From contig CM052817.1 of NCBI GenBank assembly GCA_028534125.1, positions 23,376,001-23,440,000 of the forward strand: 64,000 nt of DNA, read 5' to 3'. Below the pieces are notes generated by a model. It searched no databases. It had not been told where the DNA came from and saw only the letters and a program-made list of their open reading frames with translations. The position numbers and the translations under genes were made by a program. The DNA comes from Lama glama. Taxonomy: Eukaryota. This document shows, piece by piece, positions 1 through 12,950 of the stretch (positions are counted from its first letter, which is position 1; each line of letters begins with the position of its first letter).

Positions 1-3000
1 GAAATTATTGAATTACATAATTAAAAAGTTTTCTTCCTAGGTATATGTTTGTACCAAAGTGAAGGAAGAGCTCTGACTAGCAGAACCTAAGATATAGGTC
101 TTTCCCTGGTGTGGATCAAGGATGGTGACATCACAGGGACTACAAGTATTGTTTCCCCACAGGAAAGACATATTTATCCACGAGTAAGGGGGTTAACTAA
201 AGTTATAATCATTCCATTCCATTTCCAGACTCATTTTATATCATCCTAGCAATTTTTCAGTAGTAGTTAATATTCATCATGAGATATGATAACTAAGATT
301 AAACTTCGTCTTTCAAAAGAGCTACATGAATACCAAAACCTTCCTATAGATTTATTTAAGTCCTAAAGATAATTGTTATTCATTTCTTTCCAAATATATC
401 TGACTGATACACTCCCACAGGTTAATAGACCTCAGTTTGTGTTAACAGACACCTTGTTTGTTCCTTCTTTTAGCAGAAAATCTATAGTTTTTATTGTAAA
501 AGTAAAATAAATACACTGTATATATTGAGCCATAAGTATCAATATTAGGTGAGCTAAATGGCTATGAAATAATTTTTTTAAAGGGTGGTTGAGGACAATT
601 AATTTTACCAAAGGACTTTCAGGTAGTATTATGCAATTTGGTTAATTTTACATTGATAATTAAAAACGTTCCTAATGATTTCATGATTGTCTTCCTAAGA
701 TTGGTCAATTTGGTAATAGTGAATTATCCTTTAAATTAAAATTTTAAGAAGGAATCAGTGGGGTATTTGCCAGTGAATTTTAGAAGAGACAGGCATAAGC
801 AAATGCCTTCCAACCATGGACACATACAATACAAGGAAGATGTAGAGTGAGAGTCATTAAATAATCAAGAACTGACTGATGAACAATTGATAATAATGTA
901 AGGTGAATCTGAAAATATAGGAAATACTACCTTTAAACACATTTTGATGTGATTTTAAAGTTTAATCAGTTTAATCATGCAATTCAGTCCTTATTTTTAT
1001 AGTTTCTTCCATATAATTTTTAGAACTCCTAGCTTACCAATGGTAACTTTCAATTTACTGTTAGTCTTTAATAGACCAAAAGTTAGAGGTACTTATTATG
1101 CAGAAAAATAATTAAAACCTATGATTTAAATGGACTAAAAGAGACTTCTCAGAGCAAAATGTTATACATAATTACATAAACTAAATTAAATAACATGTAG
1201 CCCCCGAATTTGTAGCAGACACAAATTACTACAAAAAGAAACTATGAATTTCAACTTATGCTATTATTCAAAATCTCCTAGGTAAAGTTTACAGGCTAAA
1301 AGAGTAGTTAATGTAATTAAATATGCCAGAATGTTCGGTAATGAGGCCAGAGATCAAAACTAATCATATGAATTATGAACAGAAAAGAACCTGGAGGGCT
1401 ATGATGATGCGAATATAAAGAATTAAAACTAAAATTACGTGAACTGTGGTTTCCAGAATCAAGGAAAATAAGATGAGAAAAAGAAAAATATATGTAGTCA
1501 TTCTCCAACCATTGATACATTTTAACTCTTTCTTATATATTTTATTCACTCAACTAACTCTTATTTTTATTGTGCACTATTATATGTACCCCAAATAACT
1601 AAAACACTTAATGAACCAGATCCTGTAGCTTGAACCAGAAAGTCAAGAAACTCAAGGGAGCTGTAACTCAACCCAAGTTTTTCCTAGAACGAATGTGTAA
1701 AAATTGTAATAGGTTTCTTACTTTATTTTCCACCAAGCAAATGTTTTTAAGAACTCCTCCTCGCCCATCTCAAGTCTTCAAGTCCCTTGTAAGCAGATGT
1801 CACATTTTCCCTTATTAATCAGGGAGTTTTTCCTTCATTTGCTTCTACTTTTTCTTCATACCTGATTTTGGGGGTATCTCCTATATCAATATCTTGTAAC
1901 TAGATTATTTTATATTAATAACTCCTATAAATTGCATCATTGTGAAGGAAGTGGTGGTATTTGTCTGAGCTCCCTGAATGCTATATGTGGTATGACCACA
2001 ATTTATTAAAAACCGGGCTGTCAATGATTTCCATCTGAGGACGTCATTGGAAAGGGGCTTTCTGAACAGACATGATTTGTTTGCCAATCCAAAACATCCG
2101 ATTTAATATAGAGTATCTTCTCTAAATAATATTAGTGGAGGGGAGTGTTGACCACTGCTAGGGATTATAATATAAATATTTACTGAGAAAATACTCTGTC
2201 CTGTTTTTCACATAGACAGTTACATTTAATGCCCCCAAATAACTAAGCAAAATGCTTTGATTATGTTAATTTTCCAAATGTGAACTGTGAGGCTAAGAGT
2301 TTGAGAAACTTGACTTGGAGAGAGGTGAAGGCCTTGGAGGCCTGTGGTGCTTGTGTGATGGTTGGGAGGCTATGGGTGATCAGAGCATTCCATTTTCATT
2401 AATGTGCATAGTCTTTCTATGCAACTGTTAGCACTGATCTAAAGTATCTAAAATCATTTGGGTAAATGTAAGTGTTCTTATGATGGGTCTGAATTGGAAT
2501 TTTACCTCAGCCTAAAATTCCTCACAGCTAGTAGAAAAATAAAAGGACTTGCTCACCACTGTTTTGATCAACGTAATATTCTAGAATTAGAGGAACTGCA
2601 ATATCATATTACCGGAAGCCACTACTTTCCTATGTTTTTAGTCAACTCCCATTTGCAAACAATGTTGCCCTTCATTTCTATGAGCACTCAGGTTTCCTGG
2701 GTCATGTCCTTGCCCTACATACCACTTCAATTTTACATGGGTTAGCAAAGAACATTTTCCTAAACGTTAGGAAATAGCTGCATCATATTCATATTTTTTC
2801 TTGTCTGGTTAATATGATATGAATTGTTCACCTTTCAAAATGTTTTATGAGTCTATAAGCCTTTGACCTTTTTATTACATTTTTATTTTTACACCATCTA
2901 GTACAATTAGATTTCCATTGCCCAGCTGTCAATGATCTTCCTCAGTCTAGTCGTAAATCTTGCCCTGTTGAATTCTTCCTGTTCCTGCTAACCTAGCACG

Positions 3001-4576
3001 GGAACCGATTCATAGATATTCATTTTCTTCTGAGCACTTATCAATACTTTTCAGATTCTCAGTCCTTTCATGAATTAAGATTTCCTTAAAATTCTATTTC
3101 CTTTGGTGTCAAAATGGTGATCAATTATCTAGTTCATTTTTCCCCTTCAATTTCTGGACTTAAGGATTTTATTATTTCTCTTTCTGGTATTTCAATCAAA
3201 GACTGAAATCACTCAATTTTAGGGTAATCCATTTTGGATATTGAAAAAGTGTAACTTGTCCAATTTTCTATGAAGAAGGATTATTTTTGCGTTTGAGCAG
3301 TTTCCTCTCTTGCTTTAACTCATCTGCTTAGTACCTTGCCTTGGTGCAGTTGCTAGTCACTTTTTTTTTCCCCAATCTAGTGCCTACAGAAATGCTGGAA
3401 TTCTGTTTTGTTTTGTTTTTCTTTCCTCAGGTTCCTTAGTTTTACGACAATCATTAGGGAAATTGCATTTTGTAATATTCAATTCAGATATTATAAGGTA
3501 TTATATATATTTAGATATTATAAGTTATATAGTCTTTATTTTTATACAAACAGTAGATATAATATCTGGCTGGGGCATTATTTTGTGTAGTCACAACCAA
3601 CTGCAGTTTTCAGTAGACATCTTACTTCTTTATGGCTCAATGATTCTCGTTAAAATTGGTCTAAAACTACTTAATGGCTCTATTTTTCATAATCCTTGGA
3701 AATCTGGGCTCAACTCACCTTTCCAACATTCCTATCCCAAATATTTTCTTATACACTCTAGGATCTTCTCCTCCATGAGTTGAGCCACATCATTGTCTCA
3801 GCCTGAAATGTAACCCTCTCCAAGTTTTGGGAGAGGAAATTCTGCTAACAACTTTTAATTGCATATATATTTACTAAAGGAAGTAGTTTCTTAGTACCTT
3901 GGGAGTACTGGTCTTGTGGTGGCTGAGCTTCCACTGCAGGTGTATTATCTTCCAACAGACTCTGTTACAGACTCTGTGTTTTTTACTATAGCTGACAGTG
4001 TACACGTCTGTCTTCCCAAGAGATTTCAAGTTATCTGTAAATACAGTCTCTCTCTTAATCATCTTGCTTTTCATAGGATAGTTCATTGGTAGTTCGCATA
4101 GCAAGTATTCCATAGAAGCTGAGGTGATAGACATACAGTTTATAATTCCCAGGTAAATTCAACACTTTGGGCAAATAAGAAATTCCTGATCCATTTTTGA
4201 ATAGCCTAGTTTGTGATCATATGCTTTGATATGGAAATGATACCAAACTACCTATAACAGTTGATCTAGAATGTTTCATTGATTAGATTTATTTGTGCAT
4301 TCCTAGAACTACCTGAGCTGTTCTTAAGGTCAGTAGGTATTTGTCATGAAACTTCATGAGTATATTTTTGTTGCTAATTCAGTGGGCCTGCTGAACATTT
4401 CTCCCTATTTGAAGAACTTGCCAGTTATACCATATAGTCTTGTTCTTTTCTCTATTCCCTTCCTGATGGAGTGGTTAGAGTTAGAAGTGTGAAATGCACT
4501 TGTATGCCACACACTAATCTTAATCTAGTTCTTTTTTTTTTTAATTGATTAAAAGGAACCAACCAAGGTGGTGCCA

Positions 4577-4755
4577 GGGAGATGGGTATAGCTCAAGTGG
4601 TAGAGGGCATGCTTAGCATGCACAAGGTCCTGGGTTCAATCCCCACTATCTCCATTTAAAAAAAAAACTAATAATAAATAAATAGACCTAATGACATCCC
4701 CCACCCCATCCCAAAAATAAAATAATAAATAAATATTTCTTTAAAAGAAGAAAAA
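4577..4755 (+). mobile_element. tRNA-Ala-derived SINE (camelid vic-1-like), long form
   Basis: gggtatagctcaagtggtagagggcatgcttagcatgcacaaggtcctgggttcaatcccc has A and B boxes and a tRNA-Ala(AGC)-like body. It is followed by an A-rich linker, a C-rich segment and an A-rich tail. Confidence 0.88.
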
Positions 4756-6239
4756 CCTAGTTCTATGAGGAGCAAACAATATTACCCCCACTGTTCATTC
4801 TTGTCTTCATAGTTTTAGGACTGTGTGAGTCAGCTATGGAGTGGAAGAGGGCTGATTGAATATTAAATGTAAAACCTAAACCTCTCATTCATTTCCTCTA
4901 GTTGTATTTCCCCATAACACGAGACAATGAAGAAATACGTTGGACTTCGGAAGGCAGTTTCAAAGAAGTATGAGGAAGATTTAGTTAGTTACATTTTGTG
5001 AAGGTCAAATTCTGCACAATGTTGTGCAAATTGTACCCCAATTTGTTTTGATGGATTGCACTTGACAATTAATTAGAACCTTATGAATAAACATTGAAAG
5101 GTAGATTTCATTAAAGAAAACATGGTTCAGCCCTAAAAGCTCTATGCTTTTAGAATAATAACATTGATTACAATAGTTTCCAGACACTTTGCTCAAAATA
5201 TTTCACAAAAGTTCAATATAAACACATTGTATTTTAAGTTCTTTATGATGGCTTTTAGATTAAGTTTAAACTGAATAGATATCTATATATATGAATGTAT
5301 CTGTGTTTTCATATGTGTGTGTATAGATACAGATATTTATTTATATTTCTTTTCAACCCAGATTCTCAATTCTTTGGTTTCCTTACCTCCCATGGTATCT
5401 TCCTTTATTCTACTTCCACAGTTCACTTCATAGTTATCCTAAATTTACTATCACTACTAACTACACCATCACTTAAGATTGGACTTTAAGCCACTAGCCT
5501 GCTACTCTCAAGCTTTTACTCTAGGGTCCCTCATTCCATTTTTTAAAAAAATTTTTTCAAGTCTTCCAGTCTATTAACCTTGAGACTTTTATAAAACCAA
5601 CAAAAAAAAATAACAACAATGACAAAAATGATAGCTTCTCTCATTTAAAATCTGTAAGTGCACAATTGCAAGTGAGCACTGAGGAACAAGGAGTTAAAAC
5701 TGTTGGCCTGTGATTGTTTGACTTCCTTGGGGAGGTGGGGAAACTGCCTTGAGGCAAAGGAAGAAAAGAGTATGGATCTAGGCTAACATCCTTGTTAACT
5801 GCACTTCCAGCAAAATAAACTACGGATATTTATTAGAAGGAAGGACCATATCAATAGGATGTTCCCTGCCTAAAGTATATCTTATACTAAATAAACCTTT
5901 GAATCTCTGAGATATGGCTCACTGGATAAAGTCACTTAAGCCATACAATTTTAATAGAAAACAGATATGTTTCATTACCTAAAATTCTGCCTGTGGTGTG
6001 AGGTGACTTACAGACCTAATTAAAAAACCTCCTTTATTATTCTGGGCCAGAGAGTGCATGTCCTGATATGGGAAGACGGAACCTCAGTAGCTGTCTACAA
6101 TATCCCAGATCTCTCTCTAGTTCTTCAGACCCTCTGAAATGACTGATGACTTAAAATTATTAGCAGATCTTGATCTCTGATTCAGGTAATTCTGGTTATG
6201 TGATCCTCTGACTTGACTCATACACTCAATGCTTTACAG

Positions 6240-7705
6240 GAATCTTCCTTCACTTCAATGAGTATGCTTGCTTTCTTACTTTCCAGAAACAACCGTTTTG
6301 CACCTTCTCTTCCCTCTTTAAACTTCTAACCCATCGAAGGAAGCTGAAGGCTTTACTTTACACGTGTTTACAAGAGCTGAGATATAGTCAAGTGTGAGTT
6401 CCATAATCCTCCACATTCAAATTTACCAGCTCACCTGCAGGGGGACTTCACCCTCTCCTCTTCCTCTCTAAAACGAATAACATGTTCTTGAACTAGTGTA
6501 AGGCTGACTCCTCTTTGTACCCTAGATTCACTATATTCTAGTCACTTTAGAATTTTGCTCTGATAATTATTCTCTCTCTTCTACGTGATCAAAATTAACT
6601 CTTCCTGCTTGTTCATTTCCATTAGCTAACAACATGGTCTATTATTTTCTCAGGCTGTTCTAACATGTACTATATGACCTCTCTTGATTTGCTGCTAAGA
6701 AGATTTCTGCTCCTGTTCCACACTACCCACTGAAGGAGTTGTCCCAACCAACTCCCTGTAATCTACCTTCAAGCCGCCCCTTAATCCAGAGCAATCAGAC
6801 CTCTCACCTCACCACTCCACATCGATCACTGAAATTCATGCTGCAAACTATCCTCTATGCTGTTGCTTCTTGACCTTTTAATAGTGCCTTACAGAATTGA
6901 TCTTCCCTGTCTCTTTGAAAAACTTCTTTCCTTTGCCTTTTGTGACAATACAGTCTGTTTTCTGTCTGGACCACTCTGTCCCTTTTTTGTTTCTTTTACT
7001 GAATATGTTTTCTGCTTAATCTTAAAATGTGGAGTACCCCAAACCTTGTGCCCTCTTCTTTTCTGTGCTTTTTTCTCCAGAGCTTTCATTCAGTGCAGTC
7101 AACAAAATTCACATGATAAATATGAAGATGGTTTTACTCCTAAGCTGTGTCCACACTTGTATTTCAATAGCTGATTTATTTCCACTTGAATATTTGTTAA
7201 ACAACAACATGCTTAGTTTATCTAAAGTAAGATTGTTGTTGTTGACTCCCAGTTGGTTCCTTTCTCTTCCCAGTAGACTTTACCAGTAGTCACTCAATGC
7301 TCAAGCCGGCATCTGTAATCCCTCTCTTTCTCCCACCAAAGCCTTTGCTCATGCAGTACAGTTCTCTCTGCTGTGAAATCTGACTCACCCCTCGCCCGAA
7401 CCCTAGATTAGCTGGGGACTCCATCTCATCATTAACGTCTTAATTTGTATGTTAACTCTGTTGAGTGTTTTTTCCTGATACCTCTTTCTCCCATAAGTCT
7501 CCTTTCTCGAGTTATAACTTCTTAAATGATGTTATTTTATTTTCTTAAGTAATTATCATCATTGAAATTAGCTTGTATTGATTACCGTATGTATTTTCTC
7601 TTTCCTTACTAATGAGAAGCACTAGAGAAGGGGCCTGGTCTGTTTTGTTCAGGGATATTGTCTGACATATACCTGGTATATAAAAATCACTTTGCAATGA
7701 AATGA
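6240..7705 (+). mobile_element. L2 LINE remnant (ORF2 3' part and 3' end)
   Basis: Pyrimidine-rich L2-like sequence ending in a typical L2 3' motif (gagaagcactagagaaggggcctggtctgttttgttca...). Boundaries approximate. Confidence 0.7.
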
Positions 7706-7749
7706 TAATTGCCAAAAAAAATCTAAGTTTGATTTACAGGTCCACCAAT

Positions 7750-7890
7750 CAGTAGGTTCATGACCTTCTACAAGTTACTTAATCATTGTGAACTTGTTTT
7801 CTTATCTGCCAAAATAAACATATCAATACAACTTTGCAGCATATTTACAGAATGCACAATATAGTGCCAAGCACGATGTCTTTTACCTAT
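7750..7890 (+). mobile_element. MIR SINE fragment
   Basis: MIR core-like tgaccttctacaagttacttaatcattgtgaacttgttttcttatctgccaaaat. Confidence 0.65.
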
Positions 7891-7989
7891 AAATCACGCA
7901 CATATTTCATTTCCTTCCCCTCCCCCTTAGGCAAAGTATGCATAATGTAAATCACTTACTTGAAATATGGATGTAAGTAACTTAGATTA

Positions 7990-8200
7990 TTAGCTTACAT
8001 TTAGAGACCTGTGTGAGGCACTGTTGTAAGTGCTTGTCGCACATTAAAACATACATTCTTTGTAATAACCCTATGACATAGATCCTATTTTTATCTCTGC
8101 TTTACGGATTAAATTTGAAGTTTGACTATTATTGAAGTTAGCTTAGCTTTTAAGTGATAGGAGTAGGTTTCCATTTGAGCAGTTTGGTTCTACAGAAGGT
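7990..8200 (-). mobile_element. MIR SINE fragment
   Basis: aggcactgttgtaagtgctt...aataaccctatgacatagatcctatttttatctctgctttacgg matches the MIR reverse strand. Confidence 0.65.
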
Positions 8201-9507
8201 GTTCTTACCTACCATGATATATATACTACTTCTATTTAAACACAAAAAATGTCTGTGCCTCTTCATGCTCAGAGTGTGTGTGTGTGTGTTTGAAAATGTG
8301 TACGTTTGTAAGAGAGAGAAAGGATAAATAAGACTGAAAATTACCAAATTTGTCATTCATACATTTTAAACACATGGTTTCATTTTTATACTCCAAATTT
8401 TCCAAAAAAAAAAAAATCAGTATTTTATGATCCCTCTTATTCACAAAGGGAATAAGACAAGTAGAAATAATAAAATTTCCAGTACTGTGAATCAGAAGTC
8501 ACCTGACCAGGTCTTGACATTAGATGCTGTATTCTTGTTTAAATGCTCACATCATTAAACTGCACTTCGTTTTATTACATGAGATAAAATTAGTGCCAAA
8601 ACTTAGACACAACATCAAATGATGTGGGGCATTCTGTCTTTAAAACTTTTTAAACTATTTTAGACTGTGCTTTTTGGTACAAACTATAGGCTTTTTAAAA
8701 CATCAAATTATTTTTTTTCTTATTGAAACAAAATAATACCTAAATTGCCTAAGCAGTTTCATAGACGTAAGTAAATGTGCAAAGGGCTTCCTGGGGTTGG
8801 AACTGTGGGATTCCCGTTACAATCAGCGGGGATCATTGACTTTAACGGGAATCATGTGGTGAGAGCCTCATGCAACACTTCACAAAATTTGAATTAGGGC
8901 CTTTTGATTGAAAAAAAAAAAACCAAGAGTCATATTGTACTTTCAAAAATATACTGGGATTCTTTGTACTTTTTATGCATTCATTTCCTGGATTTACATC
9001 TTTTTTTGGACAATTTAAATGAAAGAAAATATAAAAATTAATTTTGCCCCTTTTTCATTAGTGTATGTCTTTATAATCAATAAAGATAACAGTGTGGTAA
9101 AATCAGTTCCTATTGAAACGGATTAGATATCTTGTCAAAAAATAGCACAGCATACTTTCCTCCCTGAAAGAAGTCACCCAATACAATAAAATAAACAAAA
9201 TCTATTCGTTTAATGAAACGGAGAAAGGTACAACATATAAATCATGAGGTGAAGCTAAATCAGAATGTCAGAATATACATTTTGATATACACATCTCACC
9301 AGCCTTATATAATGTTCTAGAACTAATTGATGTTCACTGAATGGTCCAACTAATATAATAGCAAACATTTAAGTAAGGCACACATCCAGTTCTGTGCTAG
9401 TTGTTTTAATTCCCATAGCAACTTTGTGAGAAGGGTTTTGTTTTGTTTTTAATACCTTTTGGCAGTGGAAGGAACTGAGGAATTTGCACAAGTTTCATGT
9501 TATACCA

Positions 9508-9918
9508 TGTCTTCAGTTATGCTCCCCCAAAACAGGATCCAAGATGAATCTTGTGCAAGGGTTTACAAAGTGGCTGCAGGGACAATCAGAAAGTGTGCAG
9601 AAGAAACAGGACAGGAAAGACAGAATGCCTAGTCAGGGTGAGCTCTTGGACAGAGTCCCACAGACAGACATTTCAACCGGATTCTTCCATTCTCTCTAGT
9701 CATTCTTTTGGGACCATGGGGGATACACATTCCCCGCCATTTCTGGGTCTCTCTGGATATGAGCAAAGCAGGCTCAAGTTGCTTAACAGCTGCAGTCTGC
9801 CTGTTGGAAAAAGAAAAAAAAAGTGTACTGAAGTGTGTGCTGGAGGGGGAGAGGGAGAGACAAAAAATGGTCATAGGGATCTAAGAAGATCCGATCAGAA
9901 TACCAACATTACCAGCTA
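9508..9918 (-). mobile_element. Old ERVL-class solo LTR (LTR33/LTR16-like), apparently inserted into a MIR (~9355-9505, resuming ~9920-9960)
   Basis: tgtcttcagttatgctcccccaaaacaggatcccaagatgaatcttgtgcaagggttta resembles the U5 end of ancient ERVL LTRs. MIR-like sequence lies on both sides. Confidence 0.5.
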
Positions 9919-10034
9919 GGCATAGCCAGTAAGCTAGCTGCATTCCATTCCCAGAGCCCAAAATCAAATTCATAAAATTGAAAGTGCTAATGTCACCCTA
10001 CTTCTAGTAATGCAGACAGAGATTGTGTCTAGGC

Positions 10035-10295
10035 AACACAGGGAGTATAATTTATATTTTACTGTGTACTTGAAATTTGCTAAGAAAGTAGATCTTAAGT
10101 GTTCTCACCACAAATAAAAAGGTAATTATGTGAGGTGATAGATATATTAAGTAACTTATTAAATTATTATGGTAATCAATTTATAATGTGAATGTATATT
10201 AAATCATCCCATTGTACACCTTAAAAAAATCACATGTACAACCTAAATATATATACAATTTTTATTTGTCAATTTTTATTTGTCAAAGCTGGAAA
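10035..10295 (+). mobile_element. L1 3'UTR end (L1MA-like)
   Basis: tacttgaaatttgctaagaaagtagatcttaagtgttctcaccac...tatgtgaggtgatagatatatt...tgtacaccttaaa...atacaatttttatttgtcaa is a canonical L1MA 3' end. Confidence 0.85.
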
Positions 10296-10319
10296 ATAAT
10301 GAGAAACAATCAAATATAT

Positions 10320-11650
10320 TTTTGGAATCTTTATGATGTTTCCTCTGTTTACATGATTATTCTTGTGCTAATGACACACTTTTACAATTACTAAAGTCTT
10401 ACAATATGTCTTTATATCAGGTGGAGCTACTGATTCCCATTTGTTTTCAAGAACACTGGCTATTCTTGGTTTTTGTGAAGTTGTGTACAAAACTTAAGAA
10501 TCGACCTTTTCAATTCTTTCTGTTCACATGTGCATTAAATAACGTCCATGAGATTTTTATTGGGATAATTTTGATTTCAAGAATCTGTTTGGAAATGATT
10601 AACATCATAATTATATTTAATTTCCCAAATCATAAGTATATTGTATTACTACATTTATTTAAATGTCTTATACTTTTCCTTTTATTATTCTTTATATTTT
10701 CCTCTGGACTATATTCCTAACAATTAATAATTTTTGTATCTGTATCTCATCTGTTGTTGCAGTCATTCTTTGAGTTCTTAATTTTGATTATTATGTATTT
10801 CAGGGTTAGAACTTCCACTTGATTCTCTTTTATAGCATCCATTTCTCTGCAAATATTTTCAATCTTGCCTTTTAACTCTGAACATAGCAGATATACTAAA
10901 GCTATTTAAAGAATGCCAATTACTGGACCCCTGTTTTTCTGTTTCTGTGGTCTGTTTCCTCCCTTGGGTTTCGTTCATGCTATTTTATCTTCTTATATGC
11001 CCAGAATCTTTTATTGTGTGCCAGATACTGGGTTTGCATAGTTCTTTGTAGTAAATAATTTGATGCCTCTTCTTCCAGAAAGAATTCTATATGTGTTTAT
11101 GGATTTTCCTTACCTCTCACGTGAAGCACTTCAGGGTCTTGACCCAGGGTGTCAGGTTTCACTGAGCACCCTCTGCAGATGCCGACCTCTCTGGACCTTT
11201 TGTTTGTCCCTGGAACCTTGCCCAATAATTCCTCAATGTAGTCTTATTTCTTACATGCCTTCAAGCAAACTATTATTATTCATACATTTTATGTAGTCAT
11301 CTTTAACTGGAAACTTTAGATAAAATTTGAAAAAGTAAATGTGATATTTTGAATCTTTGAAGAAAATCATGTTGCTGGATCAATGAGCTATCTATCAAAA
11401 AAAATTTTAAAGACTATTATTAAAAAATTAAAAATGATGCTATCTCCCACCTGTCTTCAACATATATTTCAAATGGAGCATAGATTTAAATTCAACTACA
11501 AAACCTTAATGCTAAAATGTTTTAGAAGAATACAAATATTATACAAAGCTCAGATCTCTCATAAAAATCAAATATTTATAAAGTTCACTAGATACAAATT
11601 AAAATCTTTCATATGATTAAAATATAAAGCTAAAAATGACTGGAGAAAAT
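10320..11650. mobile_element. Patchwork of highly decayed old L1M fragments (mostly minus to ~11290, plus after)
   Basis: T-rich L1-like tracts followed by A-rich ORF2-like sequence (gactggagaaaatatctaca). Confidence 0.55.
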
Positions 11651-11659
11651 ATCTACAAG

Positions 11660-11941
11660 ACATACAAACAGAAGCAGACTCACGGGTATAGAAAACAAAC
11701 ATGGTTCCCAAAGGGGATAAATTAGGAGTTAGGATTAGCAGACAAACTACTCTACACAGAATAGATGAACAACAAGGTCCTAGGGAACAGCACAGGGAAC
11801 TATATCCAAGGTCTTGCAATAGCCTATAATGGAAAAGAATAGGAAAGGAATGTATGCATATATACACAACTGAATCACTATGCTGTACACCAGAAACTAA
11901 CGCAACATTGTAAATCAACTGTACTTCAATTTAAAAAAAAA
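11660..11941 (+). mobile_element. 5'-truncated cetartiodactyl/camelid-type L1 3'UTR with poly(A)
   Basis: acagaagcagactcac...agcacagggaactatatccaa...actgaatcactatgctgtacaccagaaactaacgcaacattgtaaatcaactgtacttcaatttaaaaaaaa. Confidence 0.9.
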
Positions 11942-12429
11942 CACATTACCAACACTCAAGAAAATCCTCATTTTGTTCCACTCAATCATTATACATTCTG
12001 TTTCTCCAAAGAAACTGATTCTAATTTCTAATACCATAGATTAGCTTTGCCTGTTTTTTGGATATATATACACATAGACTCACATAATAAACATTGCTTT
12101 TTTTTAATCTATCTTTTATTCAACACGTGAAACTCATTCAGGCTGTATGTAACTGCTGTTTCTTATTACCATTTTTGTCTGGATTGATGTTTGATTGAAT
12201 TTGCTAATAAAATGTAGTGTTTGATAAATATTAATGAACTTTTGTTGTAATGAACACAACAATTATAAAAATCTCCAAGTGTAAAGTTTTGAGAGTAGAA
12301 AATACATATGAAATGTTTTCTTCCTCACAAAGTGTATTTTACTAAACTAATAGATGAGAAATTTTAACAAGTTTATTTTCAAACAGCATTGAGAATTCCG
12401 CCTCTCTCTATAACGGAGTAAAATGGGAT

Positions 12430-12745
12430 AGAATTAAAACATAAACATCAGTTTTGAGATACTGGACACCAGGTAATACAGGACATTAAATCTGAAGAGA
12501 CTGGAAACAAGTGAGATGAGCCATATAAGTGGCTGAGCCAGCTGCCTGGAGAGAGTGTCCAGGCTGCGGTACAGGGACCAGGAGCACCAAAAAGAACGGA
12601 GGTTCCGCTGAGTTGAGAACACCTGATTCAGAGCTCAGGCATACCCAGGCCTCTCTCTGCAGACATCAGTTACAAAAAGAATCTTTGTGTAAATTTTAAA
12701 CCTCTATTTAAATTAGGTTTCCTTTTTTTTCCCTCTAACAGAGTC
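12430..12745 (+). mobile_element. Old L1M 5'UTR-like fragment (~12430-12620) abutting an MLT1-like LTR 3' fragment (~12620-12745)
   Basis: ctgaagagactggaaacaagtgagatgagcc...ctgcctggagagagtgtccaggctgc resembles the L1MC/MD 5' end. The downstream tcagttaca...tttaaattaggtttc resembles an MLT1 end. Confidence 0.45.
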
Positions 12746-12809
12746 TAGTCATTTTTTTTTCCCTTCATGTCATTTATCTTAGCCAAGGAATACTAGAATG
12801 TTTGCCTAA

Positions 12810-12950
12810 TCATTTCAGTCTCCAGGCTCTAAGTTCCTTGAAGGCAGGCATTATTTTCATTTCACCCGCTACTGTATACCTGGTACCTAGAATCGTGTGT
12901 GGACTCTAACAGGTTCTTGATGAATATTTGTTGAATGAGTGAATAATTAA
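12810..12950 (+). mobile_element. L2 3' end
   Basis: taagttccttgaaggcagg...tgtatacctggtacctagaa...tgaatatttgttgaatgagtgaat. Confidence 0.8.

Noticed and set aside
41..188. Candidate + strand exon (ttcttcctag ... gtaagg)
   Set aside because: All three frames contain stops and there is no recognisable homology. A non-coding exon cannot be excluded.
4577..4656. tRNA-Ala(AGC) gene
   Set aside because: It has mismatched stems, an A-rich tail and a TSD-like flank, and a second copy with a perfect TSD occurs at 23842-23963. It is a SINE.
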